Shown: piece after piece, positions 15,934 through 25,214 of the stretch
How the letters are laid out: each line of letters starts with the position of its first letter
Position numbering within the stretch: position 1 is the first letter of the stretch
From: a virus
Lineage: Duplodnaviria; Caudoviricetes
Strand: one strand, 5' to 3'
Virus record (IMG/VR): IMGVR_UViG_2974632701_000001
Span: 1 to 64,000 of that record
DNA: 64,000 nt
Translations under genes and position numbers: made by a program
Notes under the pieces: model-generated
Told to the model about the DNA's origin: nothing
What the model saw: only the letters and a program-made list of their open reading frames with translations
Databases searched by the model: none

Positions 15934-16451
15934 ATGCCTGATAAGTACCTCCAACACGATGCCGCTGGCGGTTTCCGCGAAGTGGAAGCTGTAGCGACTG
16001 GTGGAGCGGGACAGGCCAACAAGATCCCTGCCTTGGACTTGTCCGGTCGTCTCGATTCTACCATGATGCCTACGGGTATTGGTGCTGAAACCAGTATCGT
16101 ACCTTCATTCAGTGCTCTTGCAGCGGGTGATCTCGTCCTCTCAAGGCTAACGTCTACAATGACGTTGGTGTGATGCGTGCTCGTAAAGCAGACGCCTCAA
16201 ACGCTACTGCCCCTGCCAATGGCTTTGTTCTGGCTGCTGTTGCAGACGGTGCCAACGCCACTGTCTACTGGGGTGGTATTAATGGTCAGCGTACAGGTAT
16301 GACCCCCGGTCAGCATTACCTGTCAACGACTGCTGGGCTTTCCAACCACGTTGCTCCGTCTACGGCAGGTAACGTCGTGCAGAAAGTTGGTATCGCAGTG
16401 AGTTCCACTACGCTGATCTTCAACCCGCAAGATCCAATCTTGCTGGCCTAA
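15934..16451 (+). pseudogene. Decoration/fibre-base protein interrupted by an 11-nt insertion (ORFs 15934..16173 + 16170..16451)
   Basis: Removing 16138-16148 restores ...ALAAGDLV-NVYNDVGVMRARKADAS..., the continuous pattern expected for this family. Confidence 0.75.
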
Positions 16452-16469
16452 GCGAAAAAGGGTGTCCCC

Positions 16470-16868
16470 ATGGCTGAACAACGTGCTCTTGTCCTCATTG
16501 ATGGACAGATCCAAGAACTTCCGATTGGGGACACTCTCACTGGTGCTTCTGGATCTACTATGGTTCAGACAGAAATCACTGATGTTGCCTATTCCACAGT
16601 GAATGGCGACTTCTCAGGTAACGTCATTCGTCGCATGAACAATGGATCTGCTCAAACCATTACCATTGAACCAAGCATGACAGGAGGTCAGCCTGTAACC
16701 TTCATTCGTGTTGGTACAGGGGCTGTCAGCTTCGCAGCAGGGGCTGGAGTGACCATTCACAGTGCTGGGGGTAATCTGTCCATTGCAGACAGATATGGCT
16801 CTGCTACGCTCGTTCCAGACGCTACCACAGCAGATACCTATTACCTCATCGGGAACCTGACGACATGA
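16470..16868 (+). CDS. Virion fibre protein
   Basis: ALVLIDGQIQELPIGDTL N-terminus; GQPVTFIRVGTGAVSFAAGAGVTI...YYLIGNL fibre C-terminal pattern. Confidence 0.65.
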   Translation: MAEQRALVLIDGQIQELPIGDTLTGASGSTMVQTEITDVAYSTVNGDFSGNVIRRMNNGSAQTITIEPSMTGGQPVTFIRVGTGAVSFAAGAGVTIHSAGGNLSIADRYGSATLVPDATTADTYYLIGNLTT

Positions 16869-17491
16869 TGAATGCTCTTCTTGGTTCAGTCTCATATGCA
16901 GCAATGAGTTCAGGCGGTCCTCCTCCGGCTCCTGTTCTCAATCTCATTTCTGCTCGGTATTGGAGAATTAACAATCTGGTCTACAATACCTCTGGTACTC
17001 AAATCAATGGACTAACCTTTGGTACAGGTGAGTCATTGGCTGCTACTCTTAATCCAGTATCAATCACCAATGATACTGGAGATGTAACTGCTACTTTCAA
17101 TAAAACTGTTCAAACAAATCCAAGACCAGCATTGTCTTTGGCAAATATTGATGCAGTTACCTTTTTTGATTTTGACTTCGGAGAACCAGTAACTCCAACT
17201 GTGTTTTCAATTTGGGGCCATGAATGGGATACTGATAACATCGTATCCTTCAATATGTCCTATTCTTCTGATGGAACAAATTGGACACTCTTGCTTACCT
17301 CATTCGCAACCGATTTCTTCACAAAATGGAGTGGTGTTAGTACAGACAGCGTAGAAATCAAACTACGAATCATCCCACCAACAAATGGTACATTTGTATC
17401 CAATGCTCATCAAAATGTCATTCTTGGTCGTAGATCAAATGCTGTGTTTAACCTGACAGCCAAAATCTATGTCATCTCTCTTCCAGAATAA
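16865..17491 (+). CDS. Fibre-associated protein with discoidin (F5/8-C)-like carbohydrate-binding domain
   Basis: ARYWRI, FDFDFGEPV, FNMSYSSDGTNWT motifs. Confidence 0.55.
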   Translation: MMNALLGSVSYAAMSSGGPPPAPVLNLISARYWRINNLVYNTSGTQINGLTFGTGESLAATLNPVSITNDTGDVTATFNKTVQTNPRPALSLANIDAVTFFDFDFGEPVTPTVFSIWGHEWDTDNIVSFNMSYSSDGTNWTLLLTSFATDFFTKWSGVSTDSVEIKLRIIPPTNGTFVSNAHQNVILGRRSNAVFNLTAKIYVISLPE

Positions 17492-17502
17492 AGGAAATCA
17501 TC

Positions 17503-18498
17503 ATGACCATCTATCTGGCAACCAATGACATCAATGATTTTGGTGGAATCACAGATGGTGTAACAACCAATACTAATTTCTTTGATTCTACTTATGTCGA
17601 TTCAGCAATCATCATGAAAACCCAAGATTCAGGTCAATTTCCTACTCATGTAGGACATTCTTTCAGTGTTTCAGGGGATAATCAAGCATGGGTTCATTTT
17701 GATTTGTACATGCCTACAACAAACTCAAGTATCGTTGATGGAAGTTTTATCACATGGATTGACAACGATGGTAATCGGGCTGTCAGTTCTTCTTTCGTCA
17801 ATGGTAACTTGATTTGTACAATCTATAATGGGGCAAATGCAAACATAGCCAATGCAATAGGTTTTTTCTTGCCTGCTGGATTGGCTACTTATGACATGGT
17901 TTATGAAGATGATGGAACCAACATCAATTTCACTATCTATGTGAATGGTGTCATATTCTTGGCACTTACTAGAGCAGCTTCAGCTACAAAACGGATTCCT
18001 ACTTCTTTTACGTGGGATAACATTGATGCTGGTCTTAGTGGTAATTTCAGCTATGTCAGTCAACTGATCATGGCTAATGAATCTACCATTGGAATGAAAC
18101 TTCAATCCATCAACCCAAGTGCAGTTGGTAATTATACTAATCTCTCAGCAACTGTTACTGAAGTAACAGATGGAAACCAAATCACTGGTTGGATCGGGGA
18201 AACGGCTGCTGATAAACAGAGTTTTGTGACCTCTGGGTATTCACTCCCAGCGGGCCGAATTGTTCATTCTGTTTTTCCGGGATTTGATCTACGTTTTGGT
18301 CCTACCGGACCACAGCAAATTCGACCATTCGTTCGAATTGGTGGCGTAGATTACAACGCTCCTGCGGACATGCAACCTCTACCGAGAACCAAACGAGGTC
18401 TATTGGGGTATGCGTGGACTACAAATCCAGCAACTGGATTGCCTTGGACTGGTGCTGAAATCGCAGCCCTAGAAGCAGGCTACGAATTAAAAGCATGA
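17503..18498 (+). CDS. Putative receptor-binding/lectin-like virion protein
   Basis: 331 aa, beta-rich N/T/G/S composition, C-terminal TNPATGLPWT...LEAG pattern; AAGGA RBS. Confidence 0.55.
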   Translation: MTIYLATNDINDFGGITDGVTTNTNFFDSTYVDSAIIMKTQDSGQFPTHVGHSFSVSGDNQAWVHFDLYMPTTNSSIVDGSFITWIDNDGNRAVSSSFVNGNLICTIYNGANANIANAIGFFLPAGLATYDMVYEDDGTNINFTIYVNGVIFLALTRAASATKRIPTSFTWDNIDAGLSGNFSYVSQLIMANESTIGMKLQSINPSAVGNYTNLSATVTEVTDGNQITGWIGETAADKQSFVTSGYSLPAGRIVHSVFPGFDLRFGPTGPQQIRPFVRIGGVDYNAPADMQPLPRTKRGLLGYAWTTNPATGLPWTGAEIAALEAGYELKA

Positions 18499-18505
18499 GG
18501 TACAT

Positions 18506-18736
18506 ATGCTCCCAGTCACTCCAATAAAACCTGTCACTCGGTTGGACCGCATCCTTCCGAGTGACCTTTACTATGCTGTCGATACTCAACAGCACCCCTT
18601 GAGATATCTTCATCTCTGTGGCACGAAGCTCACTCACGACAAGAACTATGCTTGGTATGGAACCAAGAGACAGTTCAGAAACCTCTGTCGTGAGTATGAA
18701 TGGGATGCACTCTTACTCATCAATCGTCCAAAGTAA
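18506..18736 (+). CDS. Hypothetical protein
   Basis: 76 aa, GAGGT RBS. Confidence 0.6.
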   Translation: MLPVTPIKPVTRLDRILPSDLYYAVDTQQHPLRYLHLCGTKLTHDKNYAWYGTKRQFRNLCREYEWDALLLINRPK

Positions 18737-18789
18737 GAATGCCCTGACTTTCTTTCGTTGGGTGTGTCTCCAATCAGAAAGGAACAGAT

Positions 18790-19332
18790 ATGTTTACCCA
18801 ACAACTCCCCGCTGAGGTCTTCCGTCTTCAACGGGAATTCATCAAAGCAATGGGTGGTAAGCTCGACTTCGCTTGGGCTGCTGAAACTCTCGTTGCTGAA
18901 GAAGTCAAAGAACTTCGTGAAGCCTTCCAGAAGCCCGAACTCTCAGACGAGAACATCGGTGAGATCTTCAAAGAACTCTCTGATGTGATCTATGTCGTGG
19001 CTCACTTCTACAACGTGATGCCCATCTACGCTCCAGATGTCATCTCTGATGAGCGGAACCAGAAGATCCAGTCCATCCTTGATGAAGCTGCTGTTCTGGT
19101 CTCCGAGGTATGTCAGAAGCTCCGTATCCCTCTCCCGCTGCTGCTGGCAGCCTATGAGCGTGTCCATGCCTCGAACATGAGCAAGCTGGGTGAAGACGGC
19201 AAGCCTGTCTACCGTGAAGATGGTAAGGTCACAAAGGGACCGAACTACGCCAAACCGGACATGACTCCGGTGGTGGATGCTTGGAAGCAATTCCAACGCA
19301 ATGAAGCAGAAGTGAACCAAGGAGCAGAATAA
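18790..19332 (+). CDS. MazG-like / PRA-PH-like NTP pyrophosphohydrolase
   Basis: EEVKEL...KELSDVIYV and VHASNMSKLGEDGKPVYREDGKVTKGPNY. Confidence 0.85.
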   Translation: MFTQQLPAEVFRLQREFIKAMGGKLDFAWAAETLVAEEVKELREAFQKPELSDENIGEIFKELSDVIYVVAHFYNVMPIYAPDVISDERNQKIQSILDEAAVLVSEVCQKLRIPLPLLLAAYERVHASNMSKLGEDGKPVYREDGKVTKGPNYAKPDMTPVVDAWKQFQRNEAEVNQGAE

Positions 19333-19650
19333 ATGCTGAGATCGTTGAGTGATTCTGATTTCCAACTAGAAGTCAGACAACATCCTGACCCCATCATCAT
19401 CATGTTTACGGGGTCTTGGTGTCAGCCATGCAAAAAGATGAAACCAACCTTTGAAGAGATGGCCTCTCAAATGGAAGGTGACATCCGATTTGCATATATG
19501 GATGCTGAAGATGCCGAAAAAACCATGGCAGAACTCAACATCCGCACTCTGCCTTCTTTGGCTTTGTTCGTGGATGGAATGATTCGAGAAGTCTTTTCTG
19601 GAACCATGAACAAGTCTGATCTTCGTTACTGGATCAACAACAACATCTGA
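19333..19650 (+). CDS. trxA: Thioredoxin
   Basis: WCQPC active site, IRTLPSL..F.DG. Confidence 0.92.
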   Translation: MLRSLSDSDFQLEVRQHPDPIIIMFTGSWCQPCKKMKPTFEEMASQMEGDIRFAYMDAEDAEKTMAELNIRTLPSLALFVDGMIREVFSGTMNKSDLRYWINNNI

Positions 19651-19658
19651 GATTCAAC

Positions 19659-19752
19659 TCTCAGGCTGGATGGACCTCTGTGTGAGGAGAAGCTACAGAT
19701 TCGTTTCACTAACCAGAGTGGCCTATCCAAGTGATACCGAAGCAGCCTGAGA
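19659..19752 (+). ncRNA. Candidate multibranch structured RNA
   Basis: 10-bp outer stem TCTCAGGCTG/CAGCCTGAGA enclosing a GGATGG/CTATCC stem and three short hairpins. Confidence 0.5.
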
Positions 19753-19765
19753 TGTTCGGATAGAG

Positions 19766-19798
19766 ACCCCCTGCTGGTAGTGCGGCAGGGGGTTTTTT
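19766..19798 (+). terminator. Intrinsic terminator
   Basis: ACCCCCTGCTG-GTAGTG-CGGCAGGGGGT followed by T-tract. Confidence 0.85.
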
Positions 19799-19819
19799 CA
19801 TTTTGAAAGGAGAAGACCA

Positions 19820-22407
19820 ATGCAAGTTCTTAACGGTGGTGACTTCGACCAGAAAAACGTACTGATCGGGGGGACCGGAAAGACTGAGAGCTTCGGGGTC
19901 ACAAATGATCCCGTGCTCATGGGCATGTTGTCCACTGGCCTCTACCAGAAGCCAATGCGAACCATGATCCAAGAGACGATGTTCAATGCTTGGGATGCTC
20001 ACCGCATGGGCAAGTGCCAAGACAAAGCCATCGACATCTACATCAACGATACCTCGGGCCTGATCATTCGTGACTATGGTCCGGGTATCCACAAGAATGA
20101 GATTCATCCCATTTACTGCATCTATGGGAACTCGACCAAACGCAACAACGATGAACTGACAGGTGGTTTTGGACTTGGTTCCAAATCTCCTTATGCCTAT
20201 GCAGACAGCTTCACGGTGACATCTCACCATGATGGCTTCAAAGGCATGTACATCATGAATCGTGTCTCTGAAGAAAACCAAGGTGGACCGGGACGTTCCT
20301 ACTCCTGAGTCTGGGCTGGTAGTTACCATCCCTCTCAAGAACGACAATGACATGACTCGTGCCTACGAGTGCATCAAAGACATCCTCTATCTGTCTGGAA
20401 TCAAAGCAAGAATTCACTTCAAGGACGAAGAACCTGAAGAGATCTTTGCTGATTCTATTCCTGCTGGTGAATGGATTGTCGATGAAGAAAACCACAAAGG
20501 ACAGCTTTTTGCTGTCTATGGTGGGGTTCGGTATGAGATCATCAACGATGATGCCTATGCAGATGAGTATCGTTTTGTTCGCAAAATGGCAAACCTTCTG
20601 GGCAATATGTACATCGGATTCAAGGCTTCGACTCTGACGCCTCTTCCGAGTCGTGAAGGTCTCAACCTGAACGAACGTACTGTAGCTACCATCAAAAATC
20701 AGCTTGAGGTGATGGAAGAAAACTTCCGTCAGATGCTACTTCCAGTAACACGAGCAGTCTTGAACGAATCGTTCAAATCTCTCTGTGAATCTGGCATCGA
20801 ACCCAAGTATCTTGTGGAAGCATGGTATCGTGTTGGTGATCGCAAATCTCTCAAAGAAATCACAGATGTTGGTCATCCCATCATCAGTGCAGCGAAAGAG
20901 CAATGCTCTGAATCCATGAACCAATCCATGTGGAATAGTCTGTGTGAACTGGCTTTCACTCGGACCAGAGATGTCTACTCAATGATTGGTGGTGAGAAAC
21001 TCAGCACCATGAAGTACATCATCTGGGCCAAGAAATTCCCCCAGCACACTCACTACAAAGACTATCTCATGGGTCGGATGTCTACTCGATCCAAGGTCTA
21101 CAAGACTCCCTTTATGCACGAAGCTCCAGTCTCAATGGCTGAACTCATCACTGCAAAGCAAATCTGTGATGCAGCGTCAAACCAAGACACTGATATTCGA
21201 GTAGCATATCGTGACACTTGGGAACCTGTTTCCAACCGTCGTAAGGCTGGTAAACTTCAGGGTCTTTCGTACTCCAAACAGAAAATTGCTTCGGCTCTTC
21301 TCAAAGAGAACAAGCTCAAGTTTCCGGATGCGAAATATCCTGATCGTCTTTGGTTCAAGAAAGACGGTGAAGAGTTCCACGACGTGCTTCTCACTCGAAC
21401 TGTGATTCTCGCCAAGACAATCACTGCTCTGAAGGAAACCCGATTCCAGTTTCAGGCCATGTTCACTGCAAACTACCCAACAGTAAGTAATTACCACAAC
21501 TTCCACAGAAGCAACTTTGAAGAGCAATACTACAATGCCAACCAATGTCCTGTGGCAGCCATTATCGTTCACCAACGTAATGGAGGCTATGACAACGAAT
21601 GGAGGCTATGACAACGCTCTCAAGGCTTTGTCTGACGCTGGGTACATGGTCTACGAAGCAGATGAACCAGAAGCTCGTACACGGACTGTAAAGCCTGTGG
21701 CAGCCAATGGTGTTATGGTTGCAAAAGAGGTCATCACCTATCCTCTGGTCAACCTGAGCAATGCTGATTGGGCTGATTGGAACAACTCAGTCGAAAACCC
21801 TACCTGCTATATCTGTGTCACTGAACACAAGGTACGGCATGAGTATTCTTCTGACAAACCAAGTACCAGACTTGTTGGATGGGTGAGTGAAAATACTCCT
21901 CGATTCGTCATCCTGCACAACAAAGCTCGTGCAGGTCGTCTTGAAAAGAAGGACATCCCTTCTTTTGAAGTGAAGATCCACCAACTGGTGGAAAAAATCC
22001 TTGCAGATCAGGACCGTGTAAATCGTATGGTTCTGCACAGCATCTTCAAAGACCATTCAGATCTTCCTTCCGAACTGCGTGATCTTCCTGAAGTGCAGAA
22101 GTTCTTCAAGGTTCCCTATGTCAGAAACAGCCAAAAGGACGCTTTTGCTCGTGACATGAATGTGCTCGTTGAAATCGAAAACATGCAGCGTTACGGCAAT
22201 GACTGGGTACATCGTGACACAATTCAGTTGGTCAAAGACTCGATGAATGTGGCCCGAAATACCGACTCTGTTCTTTTGGTTCGTAAGATGACCAAAAAGA
22301 CGAAACTCTTGAATGAGTATGAACTGAGAAACCACCTCTCTGGGCTTAAACCGGGAGAGGTTAAATGCTTCTCAGAAAAGCTCCTACGCTTCTTGCGTAC
22401 TGTTTGA
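19820..22407 (+). pseudogene. rIIA: rIIA-like protein split into three frames (19820..20308, 20262..21611, 21517..22407)
   Basis: HSP90-like ATPase motifs (ETMFNAWDAH, RDYGPGI, GGFGLGSKSPYAY, LPSREGL); +1 shifts near 20293 and at a 19-bp tandem duplication 21579-21616. Confidence 0.85.
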
Positions 22408-22426
22408 TCAAACGAAAGGACGAAGC

Positions 22427-23857
22427 ATGTCTTCAAACACGAAAAACATCGTGTCAATGTTGGCTTCCGAAGAGAAAATCATGCTAATCACTGCCGAAGG
22501 GCAAGTGCTCGACATGAAGAACAACGGACCCTACAACACGACAGCAATCGCGGAGTATCTTACTCCCAAACTTGATGGAAAGAGCGTGGTTCCCCTCGAT
22601 CTCTCCAACTACATGACTATCCATAAGGCCATCGTGCCTGAAGGATATGAGGGCAGCGGTATCGTTGTCACTCACATGATTGACGGCAAAGAGGTTCAAG
22701 GGATCTTCTATCCTCAGAAAGTCTCTGTGGCTGTTCAACATGAAGGACGCGAAGTGGTTATTCCGCATGTGGAAAATCTGGAGAAGCACGCTCATCGTGC
22801 TGCTTCTGAAAACTCCCCTGCGGTTCGCAACTTCCTTCGTCGTCTTGCCCCAGTGGTCGAAAGTCGCCTCCACAGTGCAGAAGATCTGATGCAATTCATC
22901 AAACGGTCTGAGCTTCCGCTCACCAACGATGGTCTGATCATCGGCTACAAAAAGGTGAACCAGAAAGCCAATGGGATGTTCGTTGATGTCCATTCCGGAC
23001 AGATCGAACAACAGGTCGGGAGTCACGTCTGGATGGACGTGGACGCAGTGGATCCTTCCCGGAACCGTAGCTGCTCTCACGGCCTGCATGTGGCCAACCT
23101 TGGCTATCTGAGTGGGTTCAGTGGTTCCCATACCCTGATCGTCTTGGTGGATCCTGCAAACTTCATCGCAGTTCCTCATGGCGAGACTGACAAATGCCGT
23201 GTGTGTGCTTACGACGTGATCGGTGTCATGACCGCATCTGCACATACTATGGTTAATTCCGGTTCATTCGTCGTGGGTGAACAGACCTTCAAATCAGTCA
23301 TTGCTGATGCAGTTGCAGGACGTGCTATCAAGCCGTTTGAAGCTGTAAAGGTTGGAACCAAAACAGTCTTGGAACGAGTTCCCCTCAAAGGGAATGAGAT
23401 TCCGTCTGTGGTACTGGAAGCTGCTCGACCTGACGTTCAACCCTCTGGAGACAGTCTGAATGTGGATGTCGTTCCAGAACAAGAGAAGAAGGACATCGTA
23501 AAGATGGCAAAATCGACCAAAGCCGCCTCTACTGGCCAAATGCCTTGGGATATTGCTCCCAAGGAAGTCATTGCAGTGTTCGAGGATCTCCGTCTGGAGA
23601 AAGGTTCGAAAGCTGCGATTGCTGCTCTGCACAACACCAGCACCCGTACCATGGGTCGGTGGTTCGAGAAGTACGACTATGAAGGTTATGTGAAGTCCAA
23701 AGAGACGACCATGACCGTTGCACAGCGTGCTCGTATGCTCTTCAACCAAGGTGCGTTCGAAGCTCTGGCTTCGTTCAAGCGTACTGCCAAGAAGAGCTAC
23801 AATGCTCTGGGTTTCAATGACTCTGAGATCACGAAGATCGAGAAGGCTCTGGCCTAA
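22427..23857 (+). CDS. rIIB: rIIB-like protein
   Basis: LPLTNDGLIIGYKKV, CSHGLHV, VDPANFIAVP, KCRVCAYDVIG; follows rIIA. Confidence 0.9.
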   Translation: MSSNTKNIVSMLASEEKIMLITAEGQVLDMKNNGPYNTTAIAEYLTPKLDGKSVVPLDLSNYMTIHKAIVPEGYEGSGIVVTHMIDGKEVQGIFYPQKVSVAVQHEGREVVIPHVENLEKHAHRAASENSPAVRNFLRRLAPVVESRLHSAEDLMQFIKRSELPLTNDGLIIGYKKVNQKANGMFVDVHSGQIEQQVGSHVWMDVDAVDPSRNRSCSHGLHVANLGYLSGFSGSHTLIVLVDPANFIAVPHGETDKCRVCAYDVIGVMTASAHTMVNSGSFVVGEQTFKSVIADAVAGRAIKPFEAVKVGTKTVLERVPLKGNEIPSVVLEAARPDVQPSGDSLNVDVVPEQEKKDIVKMAKSTKAASTGQMPWDIAPKEVIAVFEDLRLEKGSKAAIAALHNTSTRTMGRWFEKYDYEGYVKSKETTMTVAQRARMLFNQGAFEALASFKRTAKKSYNALGFNDSEITKIEKALA

Positions 23858-23863
23858 TCGTTC

Positions 23864-23994
23864 GTTAGTCGAAGCACTAGTGTCAAAATCAGGCTTAAAT
23901 CCCGAGGTTTTAAGACTAATAGAGGCACTAGTGCTTTTGCTAACTCAAGTTCACCTTTTGTTCTACATGACGCGAGTTCCGCCGCAGAACAGAA
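23864..23994 (+). promoter_or_regulatory. Two large hairpins / duplicated palindrome upstream of the HNH gene
   Basis: AAGCACTAGTGTC (23872) pairs with GGCACTAGTGCTT (23924); inner CTTAAA/TTTAAG; second hairpin TTGTTCT/AGAACAG. Confidence 0.5.
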
Positions 23995-24013
23995 ATTGAA
24001 GGAGATTTTCCAA

Positions 24014-24322
24014 ATGTGTCGTCGCTCAGAGATCGAATCCAAGATATATGCCAACGTCTGTGTCATAGATTTGGGGTACGAAACTGCGTGTCACATTTGG
24101 CAAGGTTCCAATTCCGGCACAGGACGAGGTGGGGGCTACCCTCGAATGTGTCTTAACGGACAGACAGTGGCTGTCCATCGTGTTATGTATGTGAACCATA
24201 ATGGCTACGTTCCGGGTAAGAAACAGATTGACCACAAGTGTCGGAATCGAATGTGTGTCAATCCTGAACACCTTGAAATGGTGACTCATAAAGAGAACCA
24301 AAGGAGACGAGACAATGCGTAA
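24014..24322 (+). CDS. HNH endonuclease (HNH_3-like)
   Basis: CHIWQG, AVHRVMY, IDHKCRNRMCVNPEHL; AAGGAG RBS. Confidence 0.88.
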   Translation: MCRRSEIESKIYANVCVIDLGYETACHIWQGSNSGTGRGGGYPRMCLNGQTVAVHRVMYVNHNGYVPGKKQIDHKCRNRMCVNPEHLEMVTHKENQRRRDNA

Positions 24323-24824
24323 ACTTCTATTCATGGCTCCCATGGGCCTGCTTCTTGCAGCCTGTGGAAGTCCCCCTGAGATCTGTGATCGTGAACTCCA
24401 GACTTGGGACAAATTCCAAACTGAAGAGGATCAATGTGATGGAACAAGCAATCATGTCTACAGCAGTGGTCCTGATTGGACTTACACTGGTGGGGCTTCT
24501 GATTCAGATACTGAATCAGATTCGTCTGATGAAGACAATGGATCGGATTCTGACAATGGAGGATCGAATTCTGGCCCGCCTTCTGATGGCGGATCAGACG
24601 ACTCTGGAGATGACAATGGAGGGGACTCCGATCACGATGGAGGATCTGATTCTCCGGGATCTGGAGGAACAGATGACGGGGGCAAAAACCATGGAAACAA
24701 TGGCCATGGAAACGATGATGACGGACATGACTCTTCCAACCCCGGAAAAGGACATGGTGGCCCCAACGGAAACCCAGACGGCACCGACCAAGACGGCTCG
24801 CCGGGGAAAGGGAAAGGTCACTGA
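24315..24824 (+). CDS. Lipoprotein with Gly/Asp/Ser-rich low-complexity tail
   Basis: Signal MRKLLFMAPMGLLLAAC with lipobox LAAC; C-terminal HGNNGHGNDDDGHDSSNPGKG. Confidence 0.75.
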   Translation: MRKLLFMAPMGLLLAACGSPPEICDRELQTWDKFQTEEDQCDGTSNHVYSSGPDWTYTGGASDSDTESDSSDEDNGSDSDNGGSNSGPPSDGGSDDSGDDNGGDSDHDGGSDSPGSGGTDDGGKNHGNNGHGNDDDGHDSSNPGKGHGGPNGNPDGTDQDGSPGKGKGH

Positions 24825-25214
24825 ATGATCTTCGTATTTGGTTCCAACAAATCAGGTGTCCATGGTGCTGGTGCAGCTAAAGTTGCATTTAAGCAACACG
24901 GAGCCAAATGGGGAATCGGTGAGGGCATAGTTGGAAACAGCTATGCTCTTCCCACCAAAGGATTCCACATTGAAAAAATGTCTCTTCTGGAGATTCAGTA
25001 TTCTGTCAATCGCTTCATTGAGACTGCCGAATACTGGAAAGTCAGAGGAGCAGAGTTCCAAGTCACCCGTGTTGGGTGTGGTCTTGGTGGTCACAAAGAT
25101 GCTGACATTGCTCCAATGTTCAGGACTGCCCCTGACAACTGTCTGTTCGATGAGTATTGGAAGCCTTGGCTCGATACTCATGAAGTGAAACGGAGATACT
25201 GGGGAACCTTCTGA
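24825..25214 (+). CDS. Macrodomain-like protein
   Basis: IFVFGSN.SGVHGAGAA and TRVGCGLGG correspond to the two glycine-rich ADP-ribose-binding loops of macro folds. Confidence 0.65.
   Translation: MIFVFGSNKSGVHGAGAAKVAFKQHGAKWGIGEGIVGNSYALPTKGFHIEKMSLLEIQYSVNRFIETAEYWKVRGAEFQVTRVGCGLGGHKDADIAPMFRTAPDNCLFDEYWKPWLDTHEVKRRYWGTF

Noticed and set aside
15101-18498. Diversity-generating retroelement acting on the fibre genes
   Set aside because: No reverse transcriptase and no template/variable repeat pair were seen.
19820-22407. Programmed ribosomal frameshifting as the explanation for the split rIIA
   Set aside because: No slippery heptamer or stimulatory structure at either junction; a microhomology collapse and an exact 19-bp duplication explain both shifts.
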